Source of the DNA: an uncultured Candidatus Rokubacteria bacterium
GTDB taxonomy: Bacteria; Methylomirabilota; Methylomirabilia; Rokubacteriales; DASRDR01
Direction: 5' to 3'
Length of the DNA stretch: 64,000 nucleotides
Assembly (NCBI GenBank): GCA_963708025.1
Contig: CAVPSB010000014.1
Span: forward strand, 416,001 to 480,000
The translations under genes were made by a program, and so were the position numbers. The notes under the pieces were generated by a model. The model searched no databases. It was given only the letters and a program-made list of their open reading frames with translations, and was not told where the DNA came from. Each line of letters starts with the position of its first letter. Position 1 is the stretch's first letter. Positions 38,646 through 47,800 of the stretch are shown here, in pieces.

Positions 38646-39686
38646 GTGCTCTTGACCACGATCGCCGGCAGCCTGCCGAAGCCGGCCTGGCTCGCCACGC
38701 CCGAGACGCTGTGGGCGCCCTGGCGGCTGCCGGCGGAGACGCTGGAGGAAGGGAAGCGCGACGCGGTCCGCCTGGCGCTGACCGCCCAGGAGCGGGCGGG
38801 CATCGACGTGGTCACCGATGGCGAGCAGACGCGCCGTCATTTCGTCCACACGTTCGTCGAGGGGCTGGAAGGGATCGATGCCGCCCGCCGGGTGGTGGTG
38901 GGCATCCGGGCCGACCGCTACCGGGCGGAGGTCCCGACGGTGACGGGCCCCATCCGGAGAGCTCGGTCGATCCACGCCGAGGAAGTTCGCTGGGCTCGCG
39001 CGAGCACGGACCGGCCGATCCGGTTCACGCTGCCCGGTCCGATGACCGTCGCCGACACCGTCCACGACGGCCACTACCGCGACCGGGCCCGGCTGGCGAT
39101 GGACGTGGCGGTCGCCCTCAACGCGGAAGCCCGGGAACTGGCCGGGCTCGGCGTCGCCGTCATCCAGCTCGACGAGCCTGCGTTCAACGTCGACGCGTAC
39201 CTGCCCGAGGTCGAGGAGTGGGGCATGGAGGCGATCCGAGTGGCGACCGCCGGGCTCGGCTGCCGGACGGCCGTGCACGTCTGCTACGGGTACGGGATCC
39301 GGGCAAACCTCGACTGGAAGGCGACCCTCGGCCGCGAGTGGCGGCAGTACGAGCGGACATTCCCGCTGTTCGCCAAGAGCTCGGTGGACGAGGTGTCGAT
39401 GGAGTGCGCGGGGTCGAGGGTCCCGCTGGAGCTGCTCGGCCTGCTCGGCGGGAAGACCGTGCTCCTGGGGGCGATCGACGTCGCCACCCAGCGGGTGGAG
39501 ACGGTTGACGAGGTGGCCGCGACGCTGCGGCGGGCACTGGCTCACGTGCGGCCCGATCGCCTCTCGGCGGGGACCAACTGCGGCCTGGCGCCGCTTCCGC
39601 GGGAGGTGGCCGCCGGCAAGCTGGAGGCGCTCGGCCGGGGCGCCGCCCTGGTCCGCGCCGAGCTGTCGATCGGGACGGGCCGATGA
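38646..39686 (+). CDS. Core (folate-independent, MesD-like) methionine synthase
   Basis: AGSLPKPAWL, DGEQTR, LPGPMT, DEPAFNV, HVCYGYG, TNCGLAPL; single-barrel length. Confidence 0.88.
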   Translation: MLLTTIAGSLPKPAWLATPETLWAPWRLPAETLEEGKRDAVRLALTAQERAGIDVVTDGEQTRRHFVHTFVEGLEGIDAARRVVVGIRADRYRAEVPTVTGPIRRARSIHAEEVRWARASTDRPIRFTLPGPMTVADTVHDGHYRDRARLAMDVAVALNAEARELAGLGVAVIQLDEPAFNVDAYLPEVEEWGMEAIRVATAGLGCRTAVHVCYGYGIRANLDWKATLGREWRQYERTFPLFAKSSVDEVSMECAGSRVPLELLGLLGGKTVLLGAIDVATQRVETVDEVAATLRRALAHVRPDRLSAGTNCGLAPLPREVAAGKLEALGRGAALVRAELSIGTGR

Positions 39687-40567
39687 AGCGGCTGTCGAGC
39701 GCGAAGAGCTTCTTCCACTTCGACCCGACGCACCCGCCCGCGATCCGGGTGGTGCCCGGCGAGGAGCTGCTGATCGAAGTGCAGGACGCCTTCGGCGGCG
39801 AGCGGGACATCGCCAAGGTGCCCGATCCTTTCACCGCCGAGTGGGAGGGCCACCCGACGCCGCCCGCGACCGGCCCCGTCTACATCGAGGGGGCGCAGCC
39901 GGGGCAGACGCTGGTCGTCGACATCCTCGAGATCCGCACCGCACCGGAGGGCTTCGTCGCCATCCAGCGGAACGCCGGCTTCCTCCCCGAGCGGTTCCCG
40001 AACCCCCGGATGAAGCGGGTGCCGATCAAGGACGGGGTCGCCCTCTTCGACGGCATCCGCGTTCCCCTCTACCCGAACTTCGGGACCTTCTCCACGACCC
40101 CGGCCACCGGCGGCCGGGCCGGCATCGCCGGCTTTCACGGGGGCGACCTCGACCAGAAGCCGATCGCCCCCGGGCACCGCGTTTACCTGCCGGTCTTCGT
40201 GCCGGGCGCCCTGTTCGGGCTGGGGGACCCCCACGCGGCGATCTCCGACGGGATCGCCTGCGGCACCGGCGTCGAGTGCGCCGCCACCGCGCGCCTCCGG
40301 TTCGGCATCCTCCCGCGGCCGATCGCCCGCCCCCGGATCGAGACCCCGGATGCCCTCCACATCGTCGGCTTCGGACCCGACCTGGACACCGCGGCCCGCG
40401 ACGCGATCGAGCAGGGCATCGCCTACCTGGTCGCGGAGAAGGGCATGGACGAGGAGGACGCCTACATGCTGCTCTCGCTGGTGGGCGACCTCGTCATCGG
40501 GACCTCGCCCCGGCCGATCATGGGCGTGCGGGTGGTCCTGCCCACCGCGATCCTCTCCCAGATGTAG
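39683..40567 (+). CDS. Acetamidase/formamidase family protein
   Basis: TGPVYIEGAQPG, HGGDLD, GALFGLGDPHA..DG...GTGVE, AYMLLS. Confidence 0.88.
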   Translation: MKRLSSAKSFFHFDPTHPPAIRVVPGEELLIEVQDAFGGERDIAKVPDPFTAEWEGHPTPPATGPVYIEGAQPGQTLVVDILEIRTAPEGFVAIQRNAGFLPERFPNPRMKRVPIKDGVALFDGIRVPLYPNFGTFSTTPATGGRAGIAGFHGGDLDQKPIAPGHRVYLPVFVPGALFGLGDPHAAISDGIACGTGVECAATARLRFGILPRPIARPRIETPDALHIVGFGPDLDTAARDAIEQGIAYLVAEKGMDEEDAYMLLSLVGDLVIGTSPRPIMGVRVVLPTAILSQM

Positions 40568-40650
40568 GGGTCAGGCCTTTCGATCTATACCTTCCCGTCC
40601 CGTTCGGCCGCCCGCGGGCTCAGATTGTTTAGATTGAAAGGCCTGACCCC
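40567..40650. repeat. 84-bp MITE/REP-like element with 24-bp terminal inverted repeats
   Basis: GGGGTCAGGCCTTTCGATCTATAC ... GTTTAGATTGAAAGGCCTGACCCC (22/24 complementary). Confidence 0.8.
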
Positions 40651-40685
40651 GTCTGTTACAACAGGGACCGGAACGCGGCGGGGCC

Positions 40686-41423
40686 ATGCGGAACATCTCG
40701 CTCCTGGTGGCGTTTTCGGGGGGGATCTTCTCCTTCCTCTCCCCGTGCGTCCTTCCCCTGTTCCCCTCCTACCTCTCCTTCATCACCGGCATGTCGCTCG
40801 ACCAGCTCCAGGACACCAGCAGTCACCGAGCGCAGCGCTGGAGGGTCATGGCGCATTCCCTCGCCTTCATCGCCGGCTTCTCGATGGTCTTCATCGGGAT
40901 GGGCGCATCCTTCAGCGCCTTCGGCCAGCTCCTCTTCGACCAGCGGGACCTGATCCGGCAGGTCGGGGGCGTTCTCATCATCGTCTTCGGCCTGTACATC
41001 GCGGGCTTCCTGCCGCTCGGATGGCTCGGCCGCTACAAGCAGGTGCAGCTCCGCTCGAAGCCGGCGGGCTTCCTCGGCTCCTGGCTGGTCGGGGTGACGT
41101 TCGCCATCGGCTGGACCCCGTGCGTGGGGCCCATCCTGGGCTCGATCCTCTCGCTGGCCGGCACCGCCGAGACCGTCTCCACCGGGATCGCGCTCCTCGG
41201 GGCCTACTCGGCGGGCCTGGCCCTGCCGTTCTTCCTCTCGTCGCTGGCGCTGGGAGGCTTCCTGGTCGCGTTCCGCCGGTTTCGCCCCTGGATTCCGGTC
41301 GTGGAGCGGGCGGCCGGCGTGCTGCTGGTGGTGGTCGGGGTCCTGGTCGCGACGAACTACTTCATCGTGCTGAACTCGTACGCCATCAGCCTCACCCCCG
41401 AGTGGCTCCTCAAGCGTCTCTAG
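40686..41423 (+). CDS. ccdA: Cytochrome c biogenesis protein CcdA
   Basis: SFLSPCVLP, GWTPCVGPIL. Confidence 0.93.
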   Translation: MRNISLLVAFSGGIFSFLSPCVLPLFPSYLSFITGMSLDQLQDTSSHRAQRWRVMAHSLAFIAGFSMVFIGMGASFSAFGQLLFDQRDLIRQVGGVLIIVFGLYIAGFLPLGWLGRYKQVQLRSKPAGFLGSWLVGVTFAIGWTPCVGPILGSILSLAGTAETVSTGIALLGAYSAGLALPFFLSSLALGGFLVAFRRFRPWIPVVERAAGVLLVVVGVLVATNYFIVLNSYAISLTPEWLLKRL

Positions 41424-41461
41424 AGCGTCTCTGAGGTCCTAGCCTGGTTGGACGTCCGCCC

Positions 41462-42385
41462 CTGAGAGTCCGCGTCACCGTTCCCGCCACGTCGGCCAAC
41501 TGTGGGCCGGGGTTCGACACCCTCGGGCTGGCCCTCGAGCTGTACAACGAGATCGAGCTGTCCGAGGCGGACGGGCTCGACGTCGCGATCGCCGGTGAGG
41601 GAGCCGAGCGGCTCCCGCGCGACGAGCGAAGCCTGGTCGTGCGGGGCGCCCGGCTGGTCCACGAGGCGGCCGGCCGGCCGTTCCGCGGCCTCCGGGTCCG
41701 CCAGCTGAACCGCATCCCGCCGAGCCGGGGCCTGGGCTCGAGCGCGACGGCCTGGCTGGGCGGGATCCTGGGGGCGAACCGGCTCCTCGGCGACCCGCTC
41801 GATCCGGAACAGGTGATGGAGCTGGCGGTGCGGCAGGAGGGCCACCCGGACAACCTGGCCGCCGCGGTTCACGGCGGCTTCACCGTCACCTGCTGGGACG
41901 CCGACCTCCGGGCCATCGTGCCGTTGCCGGTTCCCCCGGCCCTCCGCTTCGCGCTGCTGGTGCCCCGCCAGGAGGCGTCGACGGCGGAAGCCCGGGCGGT
42001 GCTGCCGGCGGCGTATTCGCGGGCCGACGCGGTCTTCAACGTCGGCCGGACGGCCCTGCTGCTGGCGGCCCTGGTCTGCGAGCGGTGGGAGCTCCTGGGA
42101 GGGGCGATGGCGGACCGTCTCCATCAGCCCTATCGCGGGCGGGCCCTCTTCCCGTGGCTCGAGCCGGTCTTCGCCGCCGCCCGCGCGGCCGGCGCTCACG
42201 GCGTCGCGCTCTCGGGCGCGGGGCCGTCGGTGCTCGCGATCGCCAGCCCGGACGCAGCACCGCTGGTGGCGCGCGCGATGCAGGACGCCCTTCGCCGGGA
42301 GGGGGGCGAGAGCGGGTGGCTGGTCCTGGGCGCCGACCGTGGCGGCGCTCGGGTGGTCGATCTCCCGCAGGAATTTTCGAGTTGA
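41462..42385 (+). CDS. thrB: Homoserine kinase (no canonical in-frame start; CTG 41462 or 41444)
   Basis: VPATSANCGPGFD, IPPSRGLGSSA, EGHPDN, DRLHQPYR, LSGAGPS. Confidence 0.92.
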   Translation: MRVRVTVPATSANCGPGFDTLGLALELYNEIELSEADGLDVAIAGEGAERLPRDERSLVVRGARLVHEAAGRPFRGLRVRQLNRIPPSRGLGSSATAWLGGILGANRLLGDPLDPEQVMELAVRQEGHPDNLAAAVHGGFTVTCWDADLRAIVPLPVPPALRFALLVPRQEASTAEARAVLPAAYSRADAVFNVGRTALLLAALVCERWELLGGAMADRLHQPYRGRALFPWLEPVFAAARAAGAHGVALSGAGPSVLAIASPDAAPLVARAMQDALRREGGESGWLVLGADRGGARVVDLPQEFSS

Positions 42386-42410
42386 CGGTGCCGGAGCCCG
42401 CTGCTATGGT
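42382..42410 (+). promoter_or_regulatory. Sigma70-type promoter
   Basis: TTGACG-17 nt-TATGGT with extended -10 TG. Confidence 0.65.
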
Positions 42411-42688
42411 CGAGCCAGGTACCCCTCTCCGGAAGCAGAGCCGACAGACAGCGTAGCGTCACACGAGGACCGTCACACACCACGGGCTCGCCCCGCATTT
42501 CGTGACGCTATCGGCCTCTCCGACCCACGCGTCCCCTTCGACTCCACGTCGTCCGGTCCGAACCATGTCCGCGCGCTCCGGTGTTCGTCGAGCCGGGGCG
42601 CCGCCAGAGGGAGGTGAGAGAGACCTCGTTCGTGATCCGTTCGTGCATCTGGGGGATCGACCAGCATCCCAGAGGAGACGTGAGGACC

Positions 42689-43021
42689 ATGGATCATCAG
42701 GACAAAGTGTTGGTGTGCCGGGACTGCGGTAAGGAGTTCCTCTTTTCCGCCGGCGAGCAGGCCTTCTACGCGGAGAAGGGGTTTCAGAACGAACCGACGC
42801 GCTGCCGGAACTGCCGGGCCGCGCGCAAGGGCGGCGGCCCCGGCGCCGTGGCGACCGAGAGCCAGGGGGCGCGAGCACTGTTCGCCGCGGTCTGCTCGGA
42901 GTGCGGCAAGGAGACCCAGGTGCCGTTCAAGCCGACCGCCGGCAAGCCGGTCTACTGCCGGGAGTGCTTCCAGAAGCGGGGGAGTCGGACGGGACGGCGC
43001 AGCCCCGCCTACCTGGACTGA
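42689..43021 (+). CDS. Zinc-ribbon / CxxC-x17-CxxC domain protein
   Basis: DKVLVCRDCGKEFLFSAGEQAFYAEKGF.NEP.RC..CR; CSECG...VPFKP...PVYCRECF. Confidence 0.92.
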   Translation: MDHQDKVLVCRDCGKEFLFSAGEQAFYAEKGFQNEPTRCRNCRAARKGGGPGAVATESQGARALFAAVCSECGKETQVPFKPTAGKPVYCRECFQKRGSRTGRRSPAYLD

Positions 43022-43072
43022 TCGCAGGCCAGTAGTCGGCCGGTGCGCACTGCGGCGCTCCTTCGTGGGCGG

Positions 43073-43336
43073 TTAGTGGTGGCTCGCGGCCGGGCCGTCG
43101 TCGCGGGAGGGCGAGCCCTCGGGCTCCCCCGTCGGGTCGCGGAGCGCTTCGACCACGACGACGACGAAGCCGACGACGGCGAGGGTGATGCCGCTGGCGA
43201 TCCCGGCCGGGATCGGGGCGGGAAGAACCTTGCCGGCGAGGAACATCAGTCCGAGGCCGAAGGCGAGGAGCCCGAACCCGACCTGAAGGCGGGGCGTGAA
43301 AACGGGTTCCCGCGGGGACGGATCGGGTCGGCTCAC
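43073..43336 (-). CDS. Small membrane protein
   Basis: Two hydrophobic segments; start approximate. Confidence 0.6.
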   Translation of the reverse strand: MSRPDPSPREPVFTPRLQVGFGLLAFGLGLMFLAGKVLPAPIPAGIASGITLAVVGFVVVVVEALRDPTGEPEGSPSRDDGPAASHH

Positions 43337-43436
43337 GACGGCGCCTAATGTAGCACCGCCGGCGCGGCCGTCACAACTCGCAGGGGTGTCCCGGGTCAAC
43401 ACGCCACCCCGACGGCGTCAGATGAACCCAAAAGAC

Positions 43437-43465
43437 TTGACTGCGATGGGGCCGGTCGCTACGAT
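43437..43465 (+). promoter_or_regulatory. Sigma70-type promoter for the dcd-pup unit
   Basis: TTGACT-17 nt-TACGAT. Confidence 0.6.
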
Positions 43466-43527
43466 GGCGCCAGGACGGGAGGGTCTGGACCGAGATGTGA
43501 GACGGCCAGCCTCGCGCCCGCAGGGCG

Positions 43528-44079
43528 ATGATCAAGAGCGACCGGTGGATCAAGCGCATGGCGCTCGACAAGGGCATGATCGAGCCCTTCGAGGAGCGTC
43601 AGGTCCGCCAGGGCGGGATCTCCTACGGCCTGTCGTCCTACGGCTACGACATCCGCATCGCCGACGCCTTCAAGATCTTCACGAACGTCTACAACACCGT
43701 GGTGGATCCGAAGGCCTTCGACCCCCGGTCGTTCGTCAACTTCCAGGGCGAGGTCTGCATCATCCCTCCGAATTCCTTCGCCCTGGCGCGCTCCGTCGAG
43801 TACTTCCGGATCCCGCGCAATGTCATGACCCTTTGCGTGGGCAAATCGACTTATGCGCGGTGTGGCATCATCACGAACGTGACGCCGTTCGAGCCTGAGT
43901 GGGAAGGCTTCGTCACGCTCGAGATCTCGAACACGACGCCGCTGCCGGCCAAGATCTACGCGAACGAGGGCATCGCCCAAGTCCTCTTCTTCGAGTCCGA
44001 CGAGACCTGCGCCGTCTCGTACGCGGACCGCCAGGGGAAGTATCAGGCGCAACAGGGGATCGTCCTCCCGAAGGTGTAG
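43528..44079 (+). CDS. dcd: dCTP deaminase
   Basis: [36 protein letters not shown]. Confidence 0.96.
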   Translation: MIKSDRWIKRMALDKGMIEPFEERQVRQGGISYGLSSYGYDIRIADAFKIFTNVYNTVVDPKAFDPRSFVNFQGEVCIIPPNSFALARSVEYFRIPRNVMTLCVGKSTYARCGIITNVTPFEPEWEGFVTLEISNTTPLPAKIYANEGIAQVLFFESDETCAVSYADRQGKYQAQQGIVLPKV

Positions 44080-44142
44080 AGTAGAGGGGGACGGCACGCC
44101 GAGCCGCCGCCCGGCGCCGAGGTCGGATAAGGAGGGCTAGAG

Positions 44143-44343
44143 ATGGCCGACCAGCAGAAGAAGAAGGTCGAGCGGCCGAAGGGTTCGCCGGAGGGCGAGG
44201 ACGCCAAGGCGAACCCCGAGATCCAGAAGAAGGGCAAGAAGATCAAGGAGGAGCTGGACAAGATCCTCGACGAGATCGACGACATCCTCGAGGAGAACGC
44301 CGAGGAGTTCGTCAAGAGTTACGTCCAGCGAGGGGGCGAGTAG
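44143..44343 (+). CDS. pup: Prokaryotic ubiquitin-like protein Pup
   Basis: SD AAGGAGG; 66 aa; charged disordered N-terminus; LDEIDDILEENAEEFVKSYVQRGGE matches the Pup C-terminal consensus. Confidence 0.92.
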   Translation: MADQQKKKVERPKGSPEGEDAKANPEIQKKGKKIKEELDKILDEIDDILEENAEEFVKSYVQRGGE

Positions 44344-44348
44344 CCGCC

Positions 44349-44573
44349 GTGCCCATCTACGAGTATCACTGTCTCGCCTGCGGCGAGAGGTTCGAGAAGC
44401 TGGTGTTCGGCTCGGCGCCGAAGGTGGCCTGTCCGGGCTGCGCGAGCGCGGAGGTCGCGCGCGACCTCTCCCTGTTCGGGGTGAAGAGCGGGGGAGTGCC
44501 GATGGCCCCGATGGCAGCCCCGGGAGGATCGGGCGGCGGCGGGTGCTGCGGGGGCGGCTGCGGCTGTCGGTGA
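44349..44573 (+). CDS. FmdB-family zinc-ribbon protein
   Basis: MPIYEYHCLACG..FE, CPGC, Gly/Cys tail CCGGGCGC. Confidence 0.9.
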   Translation: MPIYEYHCLACGERFEKLVFGSAPKVACPGCASAEVARDLSLFGVKSGGVPMAPMAAPGGSGGGGCCGGGCGCR

Positions 44574-44608
44574 CCCTGGCAGGGACGCCCGACGTCAACG
44601 CGGGAAAG

Positions 44609-44629
44609 AGGGGCCGGTCGGCCCCTTTT
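44609..44629 (+). terminator. Rho-independent terminator
   Basis: AGGGGCCG-GT-CGGCCCCT followed by TTTGTGTTT. Confidence 0.65.
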
Positions 44630-44643
44630 GTGTTTGGGGAAGG

Positions 44644-44850
44644 ATGATGGAGCGGGTCTACACGGTTCCCCGGATCAAGTGCGAGGGCTGTGTCGAGACG
44701 ATCACCCGGGCCCTGAGCGGGCTGCCGGGCGTCCTGACCACCCGGGTCACGATCCCGTCCCGGGAGGTGCGGGTCGAGTTCGACCCGGCCCGGCTGTCCG
44801 AGGTCCAGGTGAAGCAGACGCTGGTCGAGGCAGGATTCCCGCCGGCCTGA
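44644..44850 (+). CDS. Heavy-metal-associated (CopZ-like) chaperone
   Basis: IKCEGCV, GV, LVEAGF. Confidence 0.88.
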   Translation: MMERVYTVPRIKCEGCVETITRALSGLPGVLTTRVTIPSREVRVEFDPARLSEVQVKQTLVEAGFPPA

Positions 44851-44866
44851 GCAGCGTCGCCTTCCC

Positions 44867-47800
44867 ATGCCGCCGGACTTCTCGCTGGACGCCAAGTACC
44901 GCCTGGAGACGGGGCGGATCTTCCTCTCCGGCATCCAGGCCCTGGTGCGGCTGCCGCTGGACCAGCACCGGGCCGACCGGCGCCGCGGGCTCGACACCGC
45001 CACCCTGATCTCCGGCTATCGCGGCTCGCCGCTCGGTGGGTTCGACATCACGGTCGAGCGGAACCAGACCCTCCTCGCCGAGCACCAGGTCGTCTTCATC
45101 TCGGGCGTGAACGAGGACCTGGGCGCCACCGCCGTCGCCGGCAGTCAGCTCACCCATCTCTTCCCGAAGCCGAAGTACGACGGCGTGCTCGGGGTGTGGT
45201 ACGGCAAGGCCCCCGGCGTCAACCGGAGCGGCGACATCCTGAAGCACGCGAACTTCGCGGGCGTGGGCCGGCACGGGGGCGTCCTGGCCCTGGCCGGGGA
45301 CGATCCCCAGGCCAAGTCCTCGACGCTCCCCACGCACTCGGAGGTCGCCTTCTACGACGCCCTCATGCCGGTCCTGTTCCCGGGAAGCGTCCAGGACATC
45401 CTGGACCTCGGCCGGCTCGGCTTCGAGCTCTCGCGCTACTCGGGCCTGTGGGTCGGCTTCAAGATCGTGACCGACGTCGCCGACGCCGTCGGGACCGCCG
45501 AGGTGGCGCCCGACCGGGTCACCGTCGTGGATCCCGGCTTCACCTTCGAGGGCCGGCCCTGGGCGGCGCGGCAGCCGGCGCTCCTGCTGCCGCCGTTCAC
45601 GCTGGAGGTGGAGCGCGAGATCCAGTACGGCCGGCTCCCGGCGGCCCGGGCGTTCGCCGCCGCCAACGGGGTGAACCGCATCACGGTGCCGGCGCCCGGG
45701 GCCTGGCTCGGCCTGGCGGCGGCCGGGAAGACGTACTACGACCTCCGTCAGGCCCTGACCGATCTCGGGCTCGACGACGGGGCGCTGCGGCACCACGGGA
45801 TCCGGCTGCTCAAGCTCGGCATGCTCTTCCCGATGGAGCCGGGGATCGTCCGGGAGTTCGCCCGGGGGCTGGAGGAGGTGCTGGTCGTCGAGGAGAAGCG
45901 CGGCTTCGCCGAGCTCCTGATCCGGGACGTCCTCTACGACCTGGCGGAGCGCCCGCGCGTGGTGGGAAAGCACGACGAGGCGGGGCGGCCCCTGGTGCCG
46001 GCCGACAACGAGCTGGACGCCGATGCGATCGCCGGACTGGTCGCCGGGCGGCTGGAGCGGCGGCTCCAGATCCCGTCGGTGCGGGCGCGGATGGCCGCGA
46101 TCGAGGCGGGCCGGGAGCGGCCGGTGTCGATCACCGTCGCCCGCCAGCCCTACTTCTGCTCGGGCTGCCCGCACAACCGCTCGACGGTGGTGCCCGACGG
46201 CTCCTTCGCCGCCGCCGGCATCGGCTGTCACGGCCTGGCCCTGAACATGGGTCGCCAGGTGATCGGCATCACCCAGATGGGCGGCGAAGGCGTCCAGTGG
46301 GTCGGGCTGGCGCCGTTCACCCACACGCCGCACATCTTCCAGCAGCTCGGGGACGGCACGCTCTTCCACTCGGGGTCGCTCGGGATCCGCCAGGCGGTGG
46401 CGGCGGGGACGCACGTCACCTTCAAGATCCTCTACAACTCGGCCGTCGCCATGACCGGTGGCCAGGACGCGGCGGGCGCGGTGCCGGTGCCGGCGCTGAC
46501 CCGGCAGCTCGAGGCCGAGGGGGTGGGGCGGATCCTGGTGCTGACCGACGAGCCCGAGAAGTACGGGACGGACGCCCGCTTCGCCCCCGGGGTGGAGGTC
46601 TGGCACCGGGACCGGCTCGACGAAGCGCAGCGGCTCCTGCGCGAGATCCCCGGGGTCACCGCGCTCGTCTACGACCAGCGCTGTGCCGCCGAGAAGCGGC
46701 GGCTCCGCAAGCGGGGGAAGCTCCCCGACCCCGCGATGCGGGTGGTGATCAACGAGGCGGTGTGCGAGGGCTGCGGCGACTGCGGCGTGAAGTCGAACTG
46801 TCTCTCCGTCCAGCCCGTCGAGACGGAGTTCGGACGGAAGACCCAGATCCACCAGTCCTCCTGCAACAAGGACTACTCGTGTCTCCTGGGCGACTGCCCG
46901 TCGTTCCTCACCCTGGTGCCGTCGGCGGGATCCCGGCGCCGGGAGCGGACGCGCTACCGGGTCGATCAGCCGCTGCCCGAGCCCGAGCGGCGGGTCCGCC
47001 ACGACGCGAGCCTGTTCCTCACGGGCATCGGGGGCACCGGCGTGGTCACGGTGAACCAGCTCCTGGGCACCGCCGCGCTCCTGGACGGCCGGCACGTCAT
47101 CGGCCTCGACCAGACCGGGCTCAGCCAGAAGGGCGGCCCGGTGGTCTCCCACCTGAAGCTCAGCGACCGGCCCGGTGATGCGGCGAGCAAGGTCGGCTCC
47201 GGCGACGCCGACGCCTACCTGGGCTTCGACCTCCTGGTCGCCGCGGCGCCCGGGAACCTGGCCCGCGCGCGCCCCGACACGACGATCGCGGTCGTCTCCA
47301 CCACGCAGGTGCCGACCGGGGCCATGGTGGCCTCGCCCGAGGTCCCGTTCCCCGACCCGCAGGGGCTGCTGGCCGCCATCAATCGGGTGACCCGCAAGGA
47401 CGAGAACGTGTTCCTGGACGCCCTCGGGCTGGCCGAGGCGCTCTTCGGCGACCACATGGCCGCCAACCTCATCGTGCTGGGCGCGGCCTACCAGGCGGGC
47501 GCCATCCCCCTGAGCAGCGGGGCGATCGAGCAGGCGATCGTGCTGAACGCCGTCGCCGTCGAGATGAACACCCACGCGTTCCGGGTGGGGCGGCTCGCAG
47601 TCGCCGACCCGCGGGGGCTCGCGACCGTCCGACGGCAGCGGGCGGGGGCGGTCGAGACGGCGCCCGCCGTCACGGCCGAGACGCGGCAGCTCGTCGAGGC
47701 GGCCGGCTCGGACGGCGAGCTGCGGCGGCTCCTCGAGGTGCGGGTGCCCGAGCTGATCGCGTACCAGGACGCGCGCTACGCCCGGGGGTACGTGGACTTC

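Noticed and set aside
44143-44343. UBact instead of Pup
   Set aside because: The C-terminus LDEIDDILEENAEEFV..YVQRGGE follows the Pup consensus, not the UBact R(T/S)GE ending
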